Assembly (NCBI GenBank): GCA_964431545.1
Contig: CAYSLC010000003.1
Location: forward strand, 449 to 64,448
Length of the DNA: 64,000 nt
DNA from: an uncultured Desulfobacteraceae bacterium
GTDB lineage: Bacteria > Desulfobacterota > Desulfobacteria > Desulfobacterales > JAABSP01
Reading direction: 5' to 3'
The stretch's first letter is position 1, and each line of letters opens with the position of its first letter. The position numbers were made by a program, and so were the translations under genes. Shown in pieces: positions 26,676-37,076 of this stretch. The notes under the pieces were generated by a model that saw only the letters and a program-made list of their open reading frames with translations, did no database searches and was not told the DNA's origin.

Positions 26676-28331
26676 ATGGCATCTAAGATCGTGATCGTGG
26701 GGGGCGTGGCCGGTGGAGCGACGGCCGCGGCCCGGGCCCGCCGCCTGGACGAGACGGCAAAGATCGTTCTCCTGGAACGGGGGGAGTTCATCTCCTTTGC
26801 CAACTGTGGACTCCCCTACTACATCGGGGCGTTCATCAAGGAGCGGGACGACCTGCTGGTGACGACCCCCAAGGCGTTCCGAAGACGGTACAACGTGGAT
26901 GTGCGGATCTTCTCCGAGGTGATTTCCCTCGACCGGAGGGAAAAGAGCCTCACCGTCCGGGACACGAAATCGGGGGAGACCTACCAGGAGACCTATGACC
27001 GCCTCATCCTCTCCCCGGGGGCGGAACCGATCCGACCGCCCCTGGAGGGGGTCGATATGGAGGGGATCTACAGCCTGAGGAACATCCCGGACACCGACCG
27101 CATCAAGGCCCGCGTGGACCGGGACCGGCCCGAGGCGGCGGTGATCGTGGGCGGCGGGTTCATCGGCCTGGAAATGGCCGAAAACCTGGCCCACCGGGGG
27201 GTGTCGGTGACGGTGGTGGAGATGCTCGACCAGGTGATGGCGCCCCTCGACCCCGAGATGGCCTCCCTGGTCCATTTCCATCTTCGGGAAAAGGGGGTCG
27301 CCCTGGAACTCGCAAACGGGGTCTCCGGCTTCTCCCGGAAAAATGGACGGATCATCGTCTCCACCACCCAGGGGCGGGATCTTCCCTGCGACATGGTGCT
27401 CCTTTCGGTGGGGGTCCGTCCAGAGAACCGCCTGGCCCGGGAGGCGGGACTTTCCATCGGCGATCGGGGCGCCATCGTGGTGGACGACGCCCTCCGAACC
27501 TCCGATCCGGACATCTTCGCAGTGGGGGACGCCGTGGAGGTGAGGGATTTCGTCACCGGTCTTCCGGCCATGACGGCACTGGCCGGACCGGCCAACAAAC
27601 AGGGCCGGATCGCCGCGGACAACGCCCTGGGCCGCCGGTCGGTCTTCCGGGGGACCCTGGGAACCATGGTGGTGAAGGTCTTCGATCTCACGGTGGCGGC
27701 CACCGGCCCCAGCGCCAAGGTGCTCCATGCCGGCGGCTTTCCCCATCTGGTCAGCTATACCCACTCCGGCTCCCACGCCGGCTATTACCCCGGCGCCACC
27801 ATGATGGCCGTCAAACTGATCTTCTCGCCGGGCAGCGGCCGGGTCCTCGGGGCCCAGATCGTGGGCCAAAAGGGCGTGGACAAGCGGATCGACGTACTGG
27901 CCACCGCCATCCGGGGAGGGATGACCGTCTACGATCTGGAGGAGCTGGAGCTGGCCTATGCCCCCCCCTACTCCTCGGCCAAGGACCCGGTCAACATGGC
28001 CGGATTCGTGGCGGCCAACATCCTGAAAGGGGATCACGACGTGATCCACTGGGACCAGGTCGACCGTCTAGATCCGAACGGCCATGTCCTCATCGACCTC
28101 CGGACCAAAAAGGAGCTTGAGGAGGACGGCCGCATCGAGGGGGCGCTCCACATCCCCATCGACCAGCTCCGGGACCGTCTCGAAGAGCTTGATCGGGACA
28201 AGGCCTATATCCCGTTCTGCGCCGTTGGGTTTCGGGGGTATCTGGGCCACCGGATCCTTGTACAACACGGGTTCAGTTCCCGGAACCTGAGCGGCGGATT
28301 CGAAACCTACAGCCAGGCGGTGGAACCATGA
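26676..28331 (+). CDS. CoA-disulfide reductase-like FAD oxidoreductase with rhodanese domain
   Basis: GGVAGGA, SFANCGLPY redox Cys, GGGFIGLE, YAPPYSSAKDPVN, C-terminal rhodanese (CAVGFRG). Confidence 0.93.
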   Translation: MASKIVIVGGVAGGATAAARARRLDETAKIVLLERGEFISFANCGLPYYIGAFIKERDDLLVTTPKAFRRRYNVDVRIFSEVISLDRREKSLTVRDTKSGETYQETYDRLILSPGAEPIRPPLEGVDMEGIYSLRNIPDTDRIKARVDRDRPEAAVIVGGGFIGLEMAENLAHRGVSVTVVEMLDQVMAPLDPEMASLVHFHLREKGVALELANGVSGFSRKNGRIIVSTTQGRDLPCDMVLLSVGVRPENRLAREAGLSIGDRGAIVVDDALRTSDPDIFAVGDAVEVRDFVTGLPAMTALAGPANKQGRIAADNALGRRSVFRGTLGTMVVKVFDLTVAATGPSAKVLHAGGFPHLVSYTHSGSHAGYYPGATMMAVKLIFSPGSGRVLGAQIVGQKGVDKRIDVLATAIRGGMTVYDLEELELAYAPPYSSAKDPVNMAGFVAANILKGDHDVIHWDQVDRLDPNGHVLIDLRTKKELEEDGRIEGALHIPIDQLRDRLEELDRDKAYIPFCAVGFRGYLGHRILVQHGFSSRNLSGGFETYSQAVEP

Positions 28332-28374
28332 CGGCCGGCGGATCCGACCTCCCGGATCCGGGCAAGGGGCGCCC

Positions 28375-28989
28375 ATGAACCCGACGGTCGCCGTGGTCAA
28401 GCGGCTCATGGACATCGTCCTTTCCACCCTCGGCCTCTTCACCGGCCTCCCGTTTTTCGCCTTGGCCGCGATGGCCATCAAGCTCGATACGCCGGGAGAC
28501 ATCTTTTTCAGGCAGGAGCGGGTGGGATTGGACGGCCGGGAGATCCGCATGGTCAAGTTCCGGACCATGCGGCAGGACGCCGAGAAAGATTCGGGCCCGG
28601 TCTGGGCCAAGGAGGAGGACGACCGGATCACACGGGTGGGACGGCTGCTGCGCAAGACCCGAATGGACGAGATCCCCCAGCTCTTCAATGTCTTCAGGGG
28701 AGAGATGAGCCTGGTGGGGCCCCGGCCCGAACGCCCTTTCTTCGTCTCCCAGCTCGACGGCGCCATCCCCTATTACGACGAACGGATCATCTCCGTGAAG
28801 CCGGGGATCACCGGTTTGGCCCAGATCAACGAGGGGTACGACACTTCCATCGACAGTGTGAAGATGAAGCTGCTCTACGACCATGCCTACGGGGCGAGCC
28901 TGACCCGCTTCCGGTCGTTTCTGGCCATGGACTTGTACATCATCGGCAGGACCGTTATGATAGTCCTAACGGGCAAGGGCGCCCATTAA
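28375..28989 (+). CDS. Minimal bacterial sugar transferase (polyprenyl-phosphate phosphoglycosyltransferase domain)
   Basis: KRLMDI, FRQERVG, KFRTM, DDRIT.VG..LRK..MDEIPQLFNV..GEMSLVGPRPE, KPGITGLAQI. Confidence 0.92.
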   Translation: MNPTVAVVKRLMDIVLSTLGLFTGLPFFALAAMAIKLDTPGDIFFRQERVGLDGREIRMVKFRTMRQDAEKDSGPVWAKEEDDRITRVGRLLRKTRMDEIPQLFNVFRGEMSLVGPRPERPFFVSQLDGAIPYYDERIISVKPGITGLAQINEGYDTSIDSVKMKLLYDHAYGASLTRFRSFLAMDLYIIGRTVMIVLTGKGAH

Positions 28990-29026
28990 CGAGGGGAACC
29001 GGTTCCCCCACCCCGAGGAGATCCGA

Positions 29027-29368
29027 ATGGAGATCATCACCGAGACGGTCAACGGCGTCACCGTATTCCGCATCTCCGGCTACATGGTGGCCGATACCAT
29101 CGATACCCTGAAACGGGAGTTGGAACGGGAGCGACCGTCGCCCATCAACAAGGTGGTCTTCGACCTGGAGAACGTGCGGATGATCGACAGTTCGGGCCTC
29201 GGGGCCATCGTCTTTCTGGTGAAGCGGTGCCGGGCCGCCGGCGGGGATGTGAAGGTGGCGGCGGCCCAGGGCCATGTCACCGACGTCTTCGAGCTGGTGG
29301 GCTTCCACAAGGCCATCGAAATGTACCCCACGGTGGCCGAGGCGATCGTGCGCTTTCGGGAACGGTGA
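29027..29368 (+). CDS. STAS-domain anti-sigma factor antagonist
   Basis: VVFDLENVRMIDSSGLGAIV with the phosphorylatable Ser. RBS GAGGAG. Confidence 0.9.
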   Translation: MEIITETVNGVTVFRISGYMVADTIDTLKRELERERPSPINKVVFDLENVRMIDSSGLGAIVFLVKRCRAAGGDVKVAAAQGHVTDVFELVGFHKAIEMYPTVAEAIVRFRER

Positions 29369-29385
29369 AAGGAAGATGCTGGGGA

Positions 29386-30633
29386 TTACCGGCCCGTCCC
29401 CGTACGGCTTGAGGGTTCGTGCAGTGACAGCTGCATCATCCCGGGCCCAGAGGCCTTCGCCTTCCTGATCGAATCGGGCGTCCACAGTCCTAGCTTTTCC
29501 CGCTTCCGGATCGATTCCCTGGTAAAAAGGCAGTTGCACTCTCCCCGGATTTTGGCCAGATAGACCGCCTCCTCATCGATGTTTTCGAACCGGCGAAGGA
29601 TTTCCTCCACGGGTCCCAGTTCGATTCCCATCCATTTTCTCTTCTTGATCTCCGCAACCGAATAGGTTGTTCCCGCCCCGCCGAACGGGTCGAAGACCAG
29701 ATCCCCCTCATCGCTGGCCATCTCGATGATGCGGTCGAGAAGCTTGATTGAAAGTTCGTTGGCGTCTTTCCGCCGTTTGTATTTGGCATGCCTAACGGGC
29801 GGTATGTCGAACCAGACATCCGTCAGATTGACCCCTTTCGGGTTCATTTTGTTCTTGTATCCGCCGTAATCCCGTAGATCCCCCATGCAGTGGGGGCAAA
29901 TCTCCATGGGCAGCCGGTCCGGATGAAACGTTACGGGCTTCTCCCCTTTCACGTAGTAGAGAAGGGAATAATGGGATGGGTAGAGTCTGCCCTGGATCGG
30001 CAGCGAATATTTGATATCCACGGCAATCCAATGCCGAAAACACAACCGGTCATTGAGGTAGGCGGACATATGCGTGTTCCATTTCGGCAGATTCCAGATG
30101 AATAGGCTGCCGCCCGGCTTGAGAATTCGGATGCACTCTCCCGCCCATTTCTCACACCATTCGAGGTATCTTTCCTCCTTCAGATTATCGTCGATTTTCG
30201 ACGGGTAGAGCTTGTTCAGATTGAACGGTGGATCGGCAAAGATCAAATCGACACTTTCATCGTCCATATTGGGCATCAGGTCGAGGCAATCCCCTTGAAA
30301 AAGGCGCCCATATGTCGTTTCGAAGGCGACGGGCGGTTTCGCTGAGTTGCCATTTGGATATTCTATGTCGTTTTTAATGGCCTCGTAGACCTTTCCGGCG
30401 TTCTTCTGGATAGCGGCCACAATTTTCCGATCCAGGCTCCCGGTTTTCAACATCAATTCCACCGGCGAGAGGTCGGATTGCCTGCACAAGCTATCGAGGT
30501 CCCTCCCGGTTGGAAGAGAATTTGTTTTCTCGTAAAAATTGAGCTTTTCGGCGCTCACGCCGCTTTTTCCCGCATACTTTTCCATTAAAAAAAGAGGCGG
30601 GACGGTGGCATAGCCCCCGCCCGCCGTCAACAA
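29386..30633 (-). CDS. Orphan site-specific DNA methyltransferase, M.BamHI-like (predicted m4C); start 30633 or 30585
   Basis: FADPPFN and DPFGGAGTT (beta-class order). LPIQGRLYP, CPHC..DYGGYKNKMNPKGV and NELSIKLLDRII closely recall M.BamHI. N-terminal HTH-like extension. Confidence 0.85.
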   Translation of the reverse strand: MLTAGGGYATVPPLFLMEKYAGKSGVSAEKLNFYEKTNSLPTGRDLDSLCRQSDLSPVELMLKTGSLDRKIVAAIQKNAGKVYEAIKNDIEYPNGNSAKPPVAFETTYGRLFQGDCLDLMPNMDDESVDLIFADPPFNLNKLYPSKIDDNLKEERYLEWCEKWAGECIRILKPGGSLFIWNLPKWNTHMSAYLNDRLCFRHWIAVDIKYSLPIQGRLYPSHYSLLYYVKGEKPVTFHPDRLPMEICPHCMGDLRDYGGYKNKMNPKGVNLTDVWFDIPPVRHAKYKRRKDANELSIKLLDRIIEMASDEGDLVFDPFGGAGTTYSVAEIKKRKWMGIELGPVEEILRRFENIDEEAVYLAKIRGECNCLFTRESIRKREKLGLWTPDSIRKAKASGPGMMQLSLHEPSSRTGTGR

Positions 30634-30638
30634 AACAA

Positions 30639-31265
30639 TTACCGCATCCCCACAAAAGGATTGAACTTCTTCTCTCTGCCCACGGAGGTCTCCGGTCCGT
30701 GGCCGGAGTAGATCGTCACCTCATCGCCCAGGGGGAAGATCTTGTTCCGGACGCTTGCGACCAGGGTCTCGAAGTCGCCGCCGGGTAGATCAGTCCGGCC
30801 GATGGAGCCGGAGAAGAGAAGATCCCCCACGAAGACCTTGTCGTCGGTGAAAAGAGAGATCCCCCCCGGGCTGTGGCCCGGCGTATGGAGAACCTTCAGG
30901 GTCACCTTCCCGAAGGTGACGGTGTCGCCGTCATCCACGGTCCGGTCCGGCTCCGGGGAGTTCTCCGAGCGGAGCCCGAACCCCGCCGCCGCCTGGGAGA
31001 GGTGGGAGAGCATGGGAGCGTCCTCCGCGTGGATCAGCAGGGGCGCGCCGGTGACCTCCTTCATCTTCCGGTTGGCGCCCACGTGGTCGAAGTGGCCGTG
31101 GGTGTTGATGAGGTACTTCACCGTCAGTTTCTCCTCGGCCAGGGCCATGAGGATCCGGTCCGATTCGTCGCCCGGATCGATCACCGCCGCCTCCTTGGTC
31201 TCCTCGCATCCCAGGATGTAGCAGTTGGCCATGATGGGGCCGACCGCCATCTGCTTCAAAATCAA
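30639..31265 (-). CDS. MBL-fold metallo-hydrolase (glyoxalase II-like)
   Basis: THGHFDH, HTPGHSPG, GDLLF..SIGRTDLPGG. AGGAGG RBS before TTG 31265. Confidence 0.92.
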   Translation of the reverse strand: MILKQMAVGPIMANCYILGCEETKEAAVIDPGDESDRILMALAEEKLTVKYLINTHGHFDHVGANRKMKEVTGAPLLIHAEDAPMLSHLSQAAAGFGLRSENSPEPDRTVDDGDTVTFGKVTLKVLHTPGHSPGGISLFTDDKVFVGDLLFSGSIGRTDLPGGDFETLVASVRNKIFPLGDEVTIYSGHGPETSVGREKKFNPFVGMR

Positions 31266-31276
31266 ATCTACCTCCT

Positions 31277-31555
31277 TTACGGATCTTCCGCAGAGGCCCG
31301 CTGCCGGGCCTGTTCGATCAGGTCGATCAACGTCGCCACCTTCGGCCGGGGCCGGGCCGTCTTGAGCCGATGGAGGGCCTCGGTGGAAAGCGTCTTCCCC
31401 AGATGGGCCTCCACGTCGAAGATCTCCCACCAGCAGTCGAGGATCTTCCAGCAACAGCCGTCCTCCCCTTCACCGCAGGCGCGACAGTAGCCGAAGACAA
31501 CGGCGCTCCCCAGACGGGGGCACCGTCGCTCCAAATGGTCACATCGGTCGCTCAC
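31277..31555 (-). CDS. Small Cys-rich hypothetical protein (~92 aa)
   Basis: RRCPRLG...GYCRAC....CCWKILDCWWE...PKVATLIDLIEQA. Fills the gap between trpB2 and the MBL gene. GTG start inferred. Confidence 0.65.
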   Translation of the reverse strand: MSDRCDHLERRCPRLGSAVVFGYCRACGEGEDGCCWKILDCWWEIFDVEAHLGKTLSTEALHRLKTARPRPKVATLIDLIEQARQRASAEDP

Positions 31556-31563
31556 GGTACGGA

Positions 31564-32943
31564 TCAGGTCCCGCTCTTGAGCCGGCGGGGTTTGGGATAC
31601 CCTTCGAAGTCCTTCTCGGAGCGGTGGATCTCCTCGTCGCTCAGTGCGAAGTCGCTCAACTGATCGGAAAAGAACTTGTCGTACGCCCCCAGGTCGAGCA
31701 GTCCATGGCCGCTCCACCCCACGACGATCACCTTCTCCTTGCCCTCCTCCTTCGCCTTCCGGGCCTCCTCCACCGCGTAGGCCAGGGCATGGGTGGTCTC
31801 CGGCGCCGGGATGTGGCCCTCGGTGCGGGCGAAGGTGACCCCGGCCTGGTAGGCGGACAACTGGGTGACCGATTTGGGGGTGATGAGCCCCTCGTCGGCC
31901 AGCTGGCTCACGGTGGGCGCCATGCCGTGGTACCGCAAGCCCCCGGCATGGAAGGGGGGCGGGACGAAGGCATGTCCCAGGCTGTGCATGGGCAGCAGCG
32001 GGGTGTACCGGGCCGTGTCCCCGTGGTCGTAGACGAAGGGGGCCTTGGTGAGGGTCGGGCACGCGGCCGGCTCCACCGGATAGATCTCCAGTTGTTTTCC
32101 GTGCATCTTGTCCAGGACGTACGGAAAGGCCAGGCCCGCGAAGTTGCTCCCGCCGCCGGCGCATCCGATGACCATGTCGGGGTACTCCCCGATCATCTCC
32201 AGTTGTTTCTTGGTCTCCAGACCGATGATGGTCTGGTGGAGCATCACGTGGTTGAGCACGCTGCCCAGGGAGTAGCGGGTCTCCCCGCTCTGATCGGTCA
32301 CCGCCGCCTCGATGGCCTCGCTGATGGCGATTCCCAGGCTCCCGGGCGTATCGGGATCCCGCTCCAGGGCCTCCCGGCCCGCCTTGGTCTCGGTGCTCGG
32401 GCTCGCCACGCAATGGCCGCCCCAGGCCTCCATCATCGACTTCCGGTACGGTTTCTGATCGAAGCTGACCCGGACCATGAAGACTTTGCAGGTGAGTCCG
32501 AACTGTCCGCAGGCGAAGGAGAGGGCGCTGCCCCACTGGCCGGCGCCGGTCTCGGTGGTCATCCGCTTGATGCCGAAGACCTTGTTGTAGTAGGCCTGGG
32601 GCACCGCCGTATTCGGCTTGTGGCTGCCCGGTGGACTGAGGCTCTCGTTTTTGAAGTAGATCCGGGCCGGTGTATCCAGGGCCTTCTCCAGATTGAGGGC
32701 CCGGACCAGTGGCGAGGGCCGCCAGAGGGTCAGCACATCGAGGACCGGATCGGGGATGTCGATCCACCGCTCGGTGCTCACCTCCTGCTCGACCAAGTTC
32801 ATGGGAAAGACCGGCGCCAGGTCCTGGGGGTTCACGGGGTTTCCGTCCGGCCCCAGGGGCGGGTTCATCTTGATGTCCGCGAGGATGTTGTACCATTGAC
32901 GCGGAATCTCGCTCTCCTTCAGAATCACTTTTCTCGCTTGCAT
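31564..32943 (-). CDS. trpB2: TrpB2 (TrpB-like PLP enzyme, stand-alone tryptophan synthase beta 2)
   Basis: [26 protein letters not shown] (PLP Lys), [27 protein letters not shown]. Confidence 0.95.
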   Translation of the reverse strand: MQARKVILKESEIPRQWYNILADIKMNPPLGPDGNPVNPQDLAPVFPMNLVEQEVSTERWIDIPDPVLDVLTLWRPSPLVRALNLEKALDTPARIYFKNESLSPPGSHKPNTAVPQAYYNKVFGIKRMTTETGAGQWGSALSFACGQFGLTCKVFMVRVSFDQKPYRKSMMEAWGGHCVASPSTETKAGREALERDPDTPGSLGIAISEAIEAAVTDQSGETRYSLGSVLNHVMLHQTIIGLETKKQLEMIGEYPDMVIGCAGGGSNFAGLAFPYVLDKMHGKQLEIYPVEPAACPTLTKAPFVYDHGDTARYTPLLPMHSLGHAFVPPPFHAGGLRYHGMAPTVSQLADEGLITPKSVTQLSAYQAGVTFARTEGHIPAPETTHALAYAVEEARKAKEEGKEKVIVVGWSGHGLLDLGAYDKFFSDQLSDFALSDEEIHRSEKDFEGYPKPRRLKSGT

Positions 32944-32968
32944 AACACCTTCTTTTGATGGTTGAACT

Positions 32969-33418
32969 TCAAGATAGGGAATGGGCCTGGGGAGGTTGCA
33001 GCTCCCCGTTTTCAAAGGCCATCCGGATGCTGTCGAGGATGCCGTTGATGAAGGCGCCGGACTCCTCGGTGCCGAACCGCTTTCCCAGGTTGACCGCCTC
33101 GTTGATGGTGACCTTGGGCGGAATGTCCGGACGGTGGAGCAGCTCGTAGACGGCGATCCGGAGGGCGTTGCGGTCCACGCAGGACATACGGCCGAGCCGC
33201 CAGTTGCTGGAAAACCGCCCCACCACCTGGTCGATCTCCGACCGCCGATGGATCACCCCGTGGAGGACCTCCTCCAAAAAGGCCTTGCTCTTGGTGGGCG
33301 GCGGATAGTTGTCGCAGAAAAGATCGGCCGCCTCCGGGGTGAATCGCCCCTGCATGTCCATGAAGAACAGGGCCTGGAGCGCCAGCTCCCTCGCCCGGGT
33401 TCGGGACCGGACCGTCAT
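32969..33418 (-). CDS. nusB: Transcription antitermination factor NusB
   Basis: [36 protein letters not shown]...FINGILD. Confidence 0.96.
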   Translation of the reverse strand: MTVRSRTRARELALQALFFMDMQGRFTPEAADLFCDNYPPPTKSKAFLEEVLHGVIHRRSEIDQVVGRFSSNWRLGRMSCVDRNALRIAVYELLHRPDIPPKVTINEAVNLGKRFGTEESGAFINGILDSIRMAFENGELQPPQAHSLS

Positions 33419-33421
33419 GGG

Positions 33422-33895
33422 TTACGCCTGTTCCACCACCTCGATCAGATTGGCCATCTCCACCGCCGCCATGGCGGCGCTCCACCCTTTGTTGCCGGCC
33501 TTGGTGCCGGCCCGTTCCACGGCCTGTTCGATGGTGTCGGTGGTGAGGATCCCGAAGATCACCGGGATCCCCGAGTCGAGGCTCACCTTGGCGATCCCCT
33601 TGGAGGCCTCGGCGCAGACATAGTCGAAGTGGGGGGTCGATCCGCGGATCACCGCCCCCAGACAGATCACGGCGTGATACCGGCCCTTGTCGACCATCTT
33701 CCGGGCCAGCAGAGGGATCTCGAAGGCGCCCGGCACCCGGGCCACCTCGATGTCCTCGTCCCTGGCTCCGCTTCGGATCAGGGCGTCCAGGGCCCCGCCC
33801 ACCAGACGGTCGGTGATGAAATCATTGAAGCGGCCGACCACCAGGCCGAACCGCTTCCCCTCGGCGATAAGGTTGCCTTCGATGTTCCTGGGCAT
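33422..33895 (-). CDS. ribH: 6,7-dimethyl-8-ribityllumazine synthase
   Basis: [41 protein letters not shown]. Confidence 0.97.
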   Translation of the reverse strand: MPRNIEGNLIAEGKRFGLVVGRFNDFITDRLVGGALDALIRSGARDEDIEVARVPGAFEIPLLARKMVDKGRYHAVICLGAVIRGSTPHFDYVCAEASKGIAKVSLDSGIPVIFGILTTDTIEQAVERAGTKAGNKGWSAAMAAVEMANLIEVVEQA

Positions 33896-34015
33896 TCTCC
33901 TGGGTTCCTTCTCTCGGGCTTTTGAAAAACGGAGTCGGGAAGGCGGCGGGAGGATCCGCCGGATGGATCGCGGCCGATATCCGCCCCGCCCTCCTTTCCG
34001 AAACTCTTCTTAGGG

Positions 34016-35230
34016 TTAGGGATTGGCGTCGATGTTGAGCAGATGGCCCATCTTGAGCTTCTTGCAGGCCAGATAACACTTGTTGAACTCGTTGGGCTCC
34101 ACCTGAACCGGGACCTGTTCCACCATGGAGAGCCCGTACCCCTGCAGCCCGATCATCTTCTTGGGGTTGTTGGTCAGAAGACGCATCTTCTTGACGCCCA
34201 GGGCCACCAAAATCTGGGCGCCGATGCCGTAGTTGCGCAGGTCCGGCTTGAACCCGAGCTGTTCGTTGGCCTCCACCGTATCCAGCCCCTGGTCCTGGAG
34301 GGCGTAAGCCCGGAGTTTGTTGACCAGGCCGATGCCACGGCCCTCCTGCCGGATGTAGAGGAGCACCCCCGCGCCCTCCTTGTCCATCATCTCCATGGTC
34401 TTGTGGAGCTGGTCCCCGCAGTCGCACCGCATGGAACCGAAGATGTCCCCGGTGAGACACTCGGAATGGACCCGCACCAGGATGGGTTTCTCCGGGTCGA
34501 TCTCCCCCTTGATCATGGCGATGTGGAGGACATCCTCGATGTCGTTTTCAAAGACCACGGCCCGAAACTCCCCGGCATGGGCGGTGGGGATGACCGTCTC
34601 GGCCGCCTTCCGCACGAAGGACTCCTTGCGCATCCGGTATTCGATCAGGTCGGCGATGGTGCAGATGCCGATGCCGTGCTCCGCGGCGAACTTCTCCAGG
34701 GAGGGCATCCGGGCCATGGTGCCGTCGTCGTCCATGATCTCGCAGATCACCGCCGCCGGCTTCAGGCCGGCCATGCGGGCCAGATCCACGGACCCTTCGG
34801 TCTGTCCGGACCGGACCATGACGCCGCCGTTTCTCGCCCTCAGGGGAAAGACGTGGCCGGGACGGACCAGGTCCCTGGGCTTGGCGTCGTCGGCCACGGC
34901 GGTCTGGATGGTGGTGGCCCGGTCCGCGGCGGAGATCCCGGTGGTGACCCCCTTCCGGGCCTCGATGGAGACGGTGAACCCGGTGTGGAACCGGGAGGTA
35001 TTGTTCTCCACCATCAGGGGAAGCTGGAGCCTGTCGACCATCTCCCCGCTCATGGCGAGGCAGATCAGCCCCCGGCCGTACCTGGCCATGAAGTTGATGG
35101 CCTCGGGGGTGACTCTCTCGGCGGCCATGGTCAGGTCCCCTTCGTTCTCCCGGTCCTCGTCGTCCACCAGGATGACCATCCGCCCCGCCTTGATCTCCTG
35201 GACCGCCTCTTCTATGGTAAGTCGTGACAT
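34016..35230 (-). CDS. ribBA: Bifunctional DHBP synthase/GTP cyclohydrolase II
   Basis: [59 protein letters not shown]. Confidence 0.97.
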   Translation of the reverse strand: MSRLTIEEAVQEIKAGRMVILVDDEDRENEGDLTMAAERVTPEAINFMARYGRGLICLAMSGEMVDRLQLPLMVENNTSRFHTGFTVSIEARKGVTTGISAADRATTIQTAVADDAKPRDLVRPGHVFPLRARNGGVMVRSGQTEGSVDLARMAGLKPAAVICEIMDDDGTMARMPSLEKFAAEHGIGICTIADLIEYRMRKESFVRKAAETVIPTAHAGEFRAVVFENDIEDVLHIAMIKGEIDPEKPILVRVHSECLTGDIFGSMRCDCGDQLHKTMEMMDKEGAGVLLYIRQEGRGIGLVNKLRAYALQDQGLDTVEANEQLGFKPDLRNYGIGAQILVALGVKKMRLLTNNPKKMIGLQGYGLSMVEQVPVQVEPNEFNKCYLACKKLKMGHLLNIDANP

Positions 35231-35273
35231 GTGCTTCTCTTTACTCCAAAAAAACCGTTTGAAAATTGGACAT

Positions 35274-35930
35274 TCAAAGGAACCCGCTCCGCTGGAGCAT
35301 CTCCCTGTCGATGCCGCCGCCCCCGGTGGCGCCGGCCGGCCGCCCCTCCCGGACGAAGCGTTCCACATACTTTCCGATCATGTCGGTCTCGATGTTCACC
35401 GGATCGCCGGGCCGCTTCCATCCCACCGTGGTCAAATCCGCGGTGTGGGGAATGACGCTCACCGAAAACCGCCCCCGTTCGCAGGTGTTGATGGTCAGAC
35501 TGATGCCGTCGACGGCCACGGAACCCTTGGGGATCATGTACCGGGAAAGGCGCTCGGGAACGGTGAAGGCGAGGACCACGGCGTTTCCCTCGGGGGTCCG
35601 GGAGGAGAGGCTCCCCACCCCGTCGATGTGGCCCGAGACCAGGTGGCCGTCGATCCGGTCGGACAGGCGCATGGCCCGCTCCAGATTGACCCGCTCCCCG
35701 ATCCGGGCCCGGCCGAAGGTGGACCGGGAGAGGGTCTCCGGGGAGACGTCCGCCGTGAACCCCCGGTCCTCCAGGGTCACCGCCGTGAGGCAGGCACCGT
35801 TGACGGCGATGCTGTCGCCGATCCGGGTCCCCGCCAGGGGGAAGTCGGACGTCAGGGTGAGCCGCTTTCCGCCTCCCTGGGACCGGATGGCGGTGATGGT
35901 TCCCAAACCCTCGATGATGCCGGTGAACAT
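35274..35930 (-). CDS. ribE: Riboflavin synthase alpha chain
   Basis: MFTGII N-terminus, [18 protein letters not shown]...[30 protein letters not shown]. Confidence 0.96.
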   Translation of the reverse strand: MFTGIIEGLGTITAIRSQGGGKRLTLTSDFPLAGTRIGDSIAVNGACLTAVTLEDRGFTADVSPETLSRSTFGRARIGERVNLERAMRLSDRIDGHLVSGHIDGVGSLSSRTPEGNAVVLAFTVPERLSRYMIPKGSVAVDGISLTINTCERGRFSVSVIPHTADLTTVGWKRPGDPVNIETDMIGKYVERFVREGRPAGATGGGGIDREMLQRSGFL

Positions 35931-36233
35931 ATCTTCCAACCGATGGTCGCCTTGGCCCGCTCTCGGCCGCCGGACCCGCCGCCCCCGCCGGGCGACCGGG
36001 CCGATCCATCACTGGGGGCGGCCGTCGAAAACGTGCCCATATATAGAGGGATAAGGCCGGATAGTCAAAGGAAAACTTTCGGAAAGCGGGACCGACGGGG
36101 GGCCTCCCGCCGCCGTCCCTCCTTTCGGAAAAAAGCCTTGCGCGCGGTCGGAGATCTATGGTTATGTTCAGACAGGGATCTGAAGGACCGTCCAAAAAAC
36201 CGATTTTGGGATGTTTCAAAAAAGGAGATGGCC

Positions 36234-37076
36234 ATGAAGATCAGGAAGGCAAAGTTCGCGGGCAGTTGGTATCCCCGATCCGCCGCCGCCTGTGAAAAGG
36301 AGATCGAGACGTTCCTTGCCGACGCCAAGGGGAACTGCCCCGGAACGGGCGGCACCATCGGGGGGATCGTCCCCCACGCCGGATGGGTCTTTTCGGGGGG
36401 CATCGCCTGCAACGTGATCCACTGCATCGCCCGGGAGCCGGGGGTCGATACGGTGGCGGTCTTCGGGATGCACCTGCCGCCGGGGGCCCCCAACCACATC
36501 ATGCCGGAGGGGGCCTGGGAGACGCCCCTGGGGCCCATGCACATCGACGAGGAGATGTGCCGGATCCTCATGGACCGCTTCCCCTTCAACGTGGAGAGCT
36601 TTCCCCACGACAACACCATCGAACTCCAGCTCCCCTTCCTCAAATACTTCTTCCCCAAGGCGGCCCTGGTGCCGCTGGGGGTGCCGCCCTCCAAGAAATC
36701 CCTGGAGATCGGCCGGGCCGTGGCCGGAATCGCCGGGGAGACGGGACGTCGGATCAAGGTGCTCGGCTCCACCGATCTGACCCACTACGGGGCCAACTAC
36801 GGGTTCGAGCCCCAGGGGCGGGGGCGGGAGGCGATCGACTGGGTCCGGTATGAAAACGACCGGCGGGCCGTGGAGACGATGCTGGAGATGGACCCCGAGG
36901 CGCTGATCCGGGAGTCCCTGGACAACCAGAACGCCTGCTGCGGCGGCGCCGCGGCCACGGCCATCGCGGCGGGAAAGGCCCTGGGTTCCAAGGGGGCGGA
37001 ATCCGTGGCCTACGCCACCAGCTATGAGAAGAGCCCCGGGGACAGCTTCGTGGGATATGCCGGCATCGTCTTTTAG
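36234..37076 (+). CDS. amrB: AmmeMemoRadiSam system protein B (MEMO1 family)
   Basis: R...[47 protein letters not shown]. Confidence 0.9.
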   Translation: MKIRKAKFAGSWYPRSAAACEKEIETFLADAKGNCPGTGGTIGGIVPHAGWVFSGGIACNVIHCIAREPGVDTVAVFGMHLPPGAPNHIMPEGAWETPLGPMHIDEEMCRILMDRFPFNVESFPHDNTIELQLPFLKYFFPKAALVPLGVPPSKKSLEIGRAVAGIAGETGRRIKVLGSTDLTHYGANYGFEPQGRGREAIDWVRYENDRRAVETMLEMDPEALIRESLDNQNACCGGAAATAIAAGKALGSKGAESVAYATSYEKSPGDSFVGYAGIVF

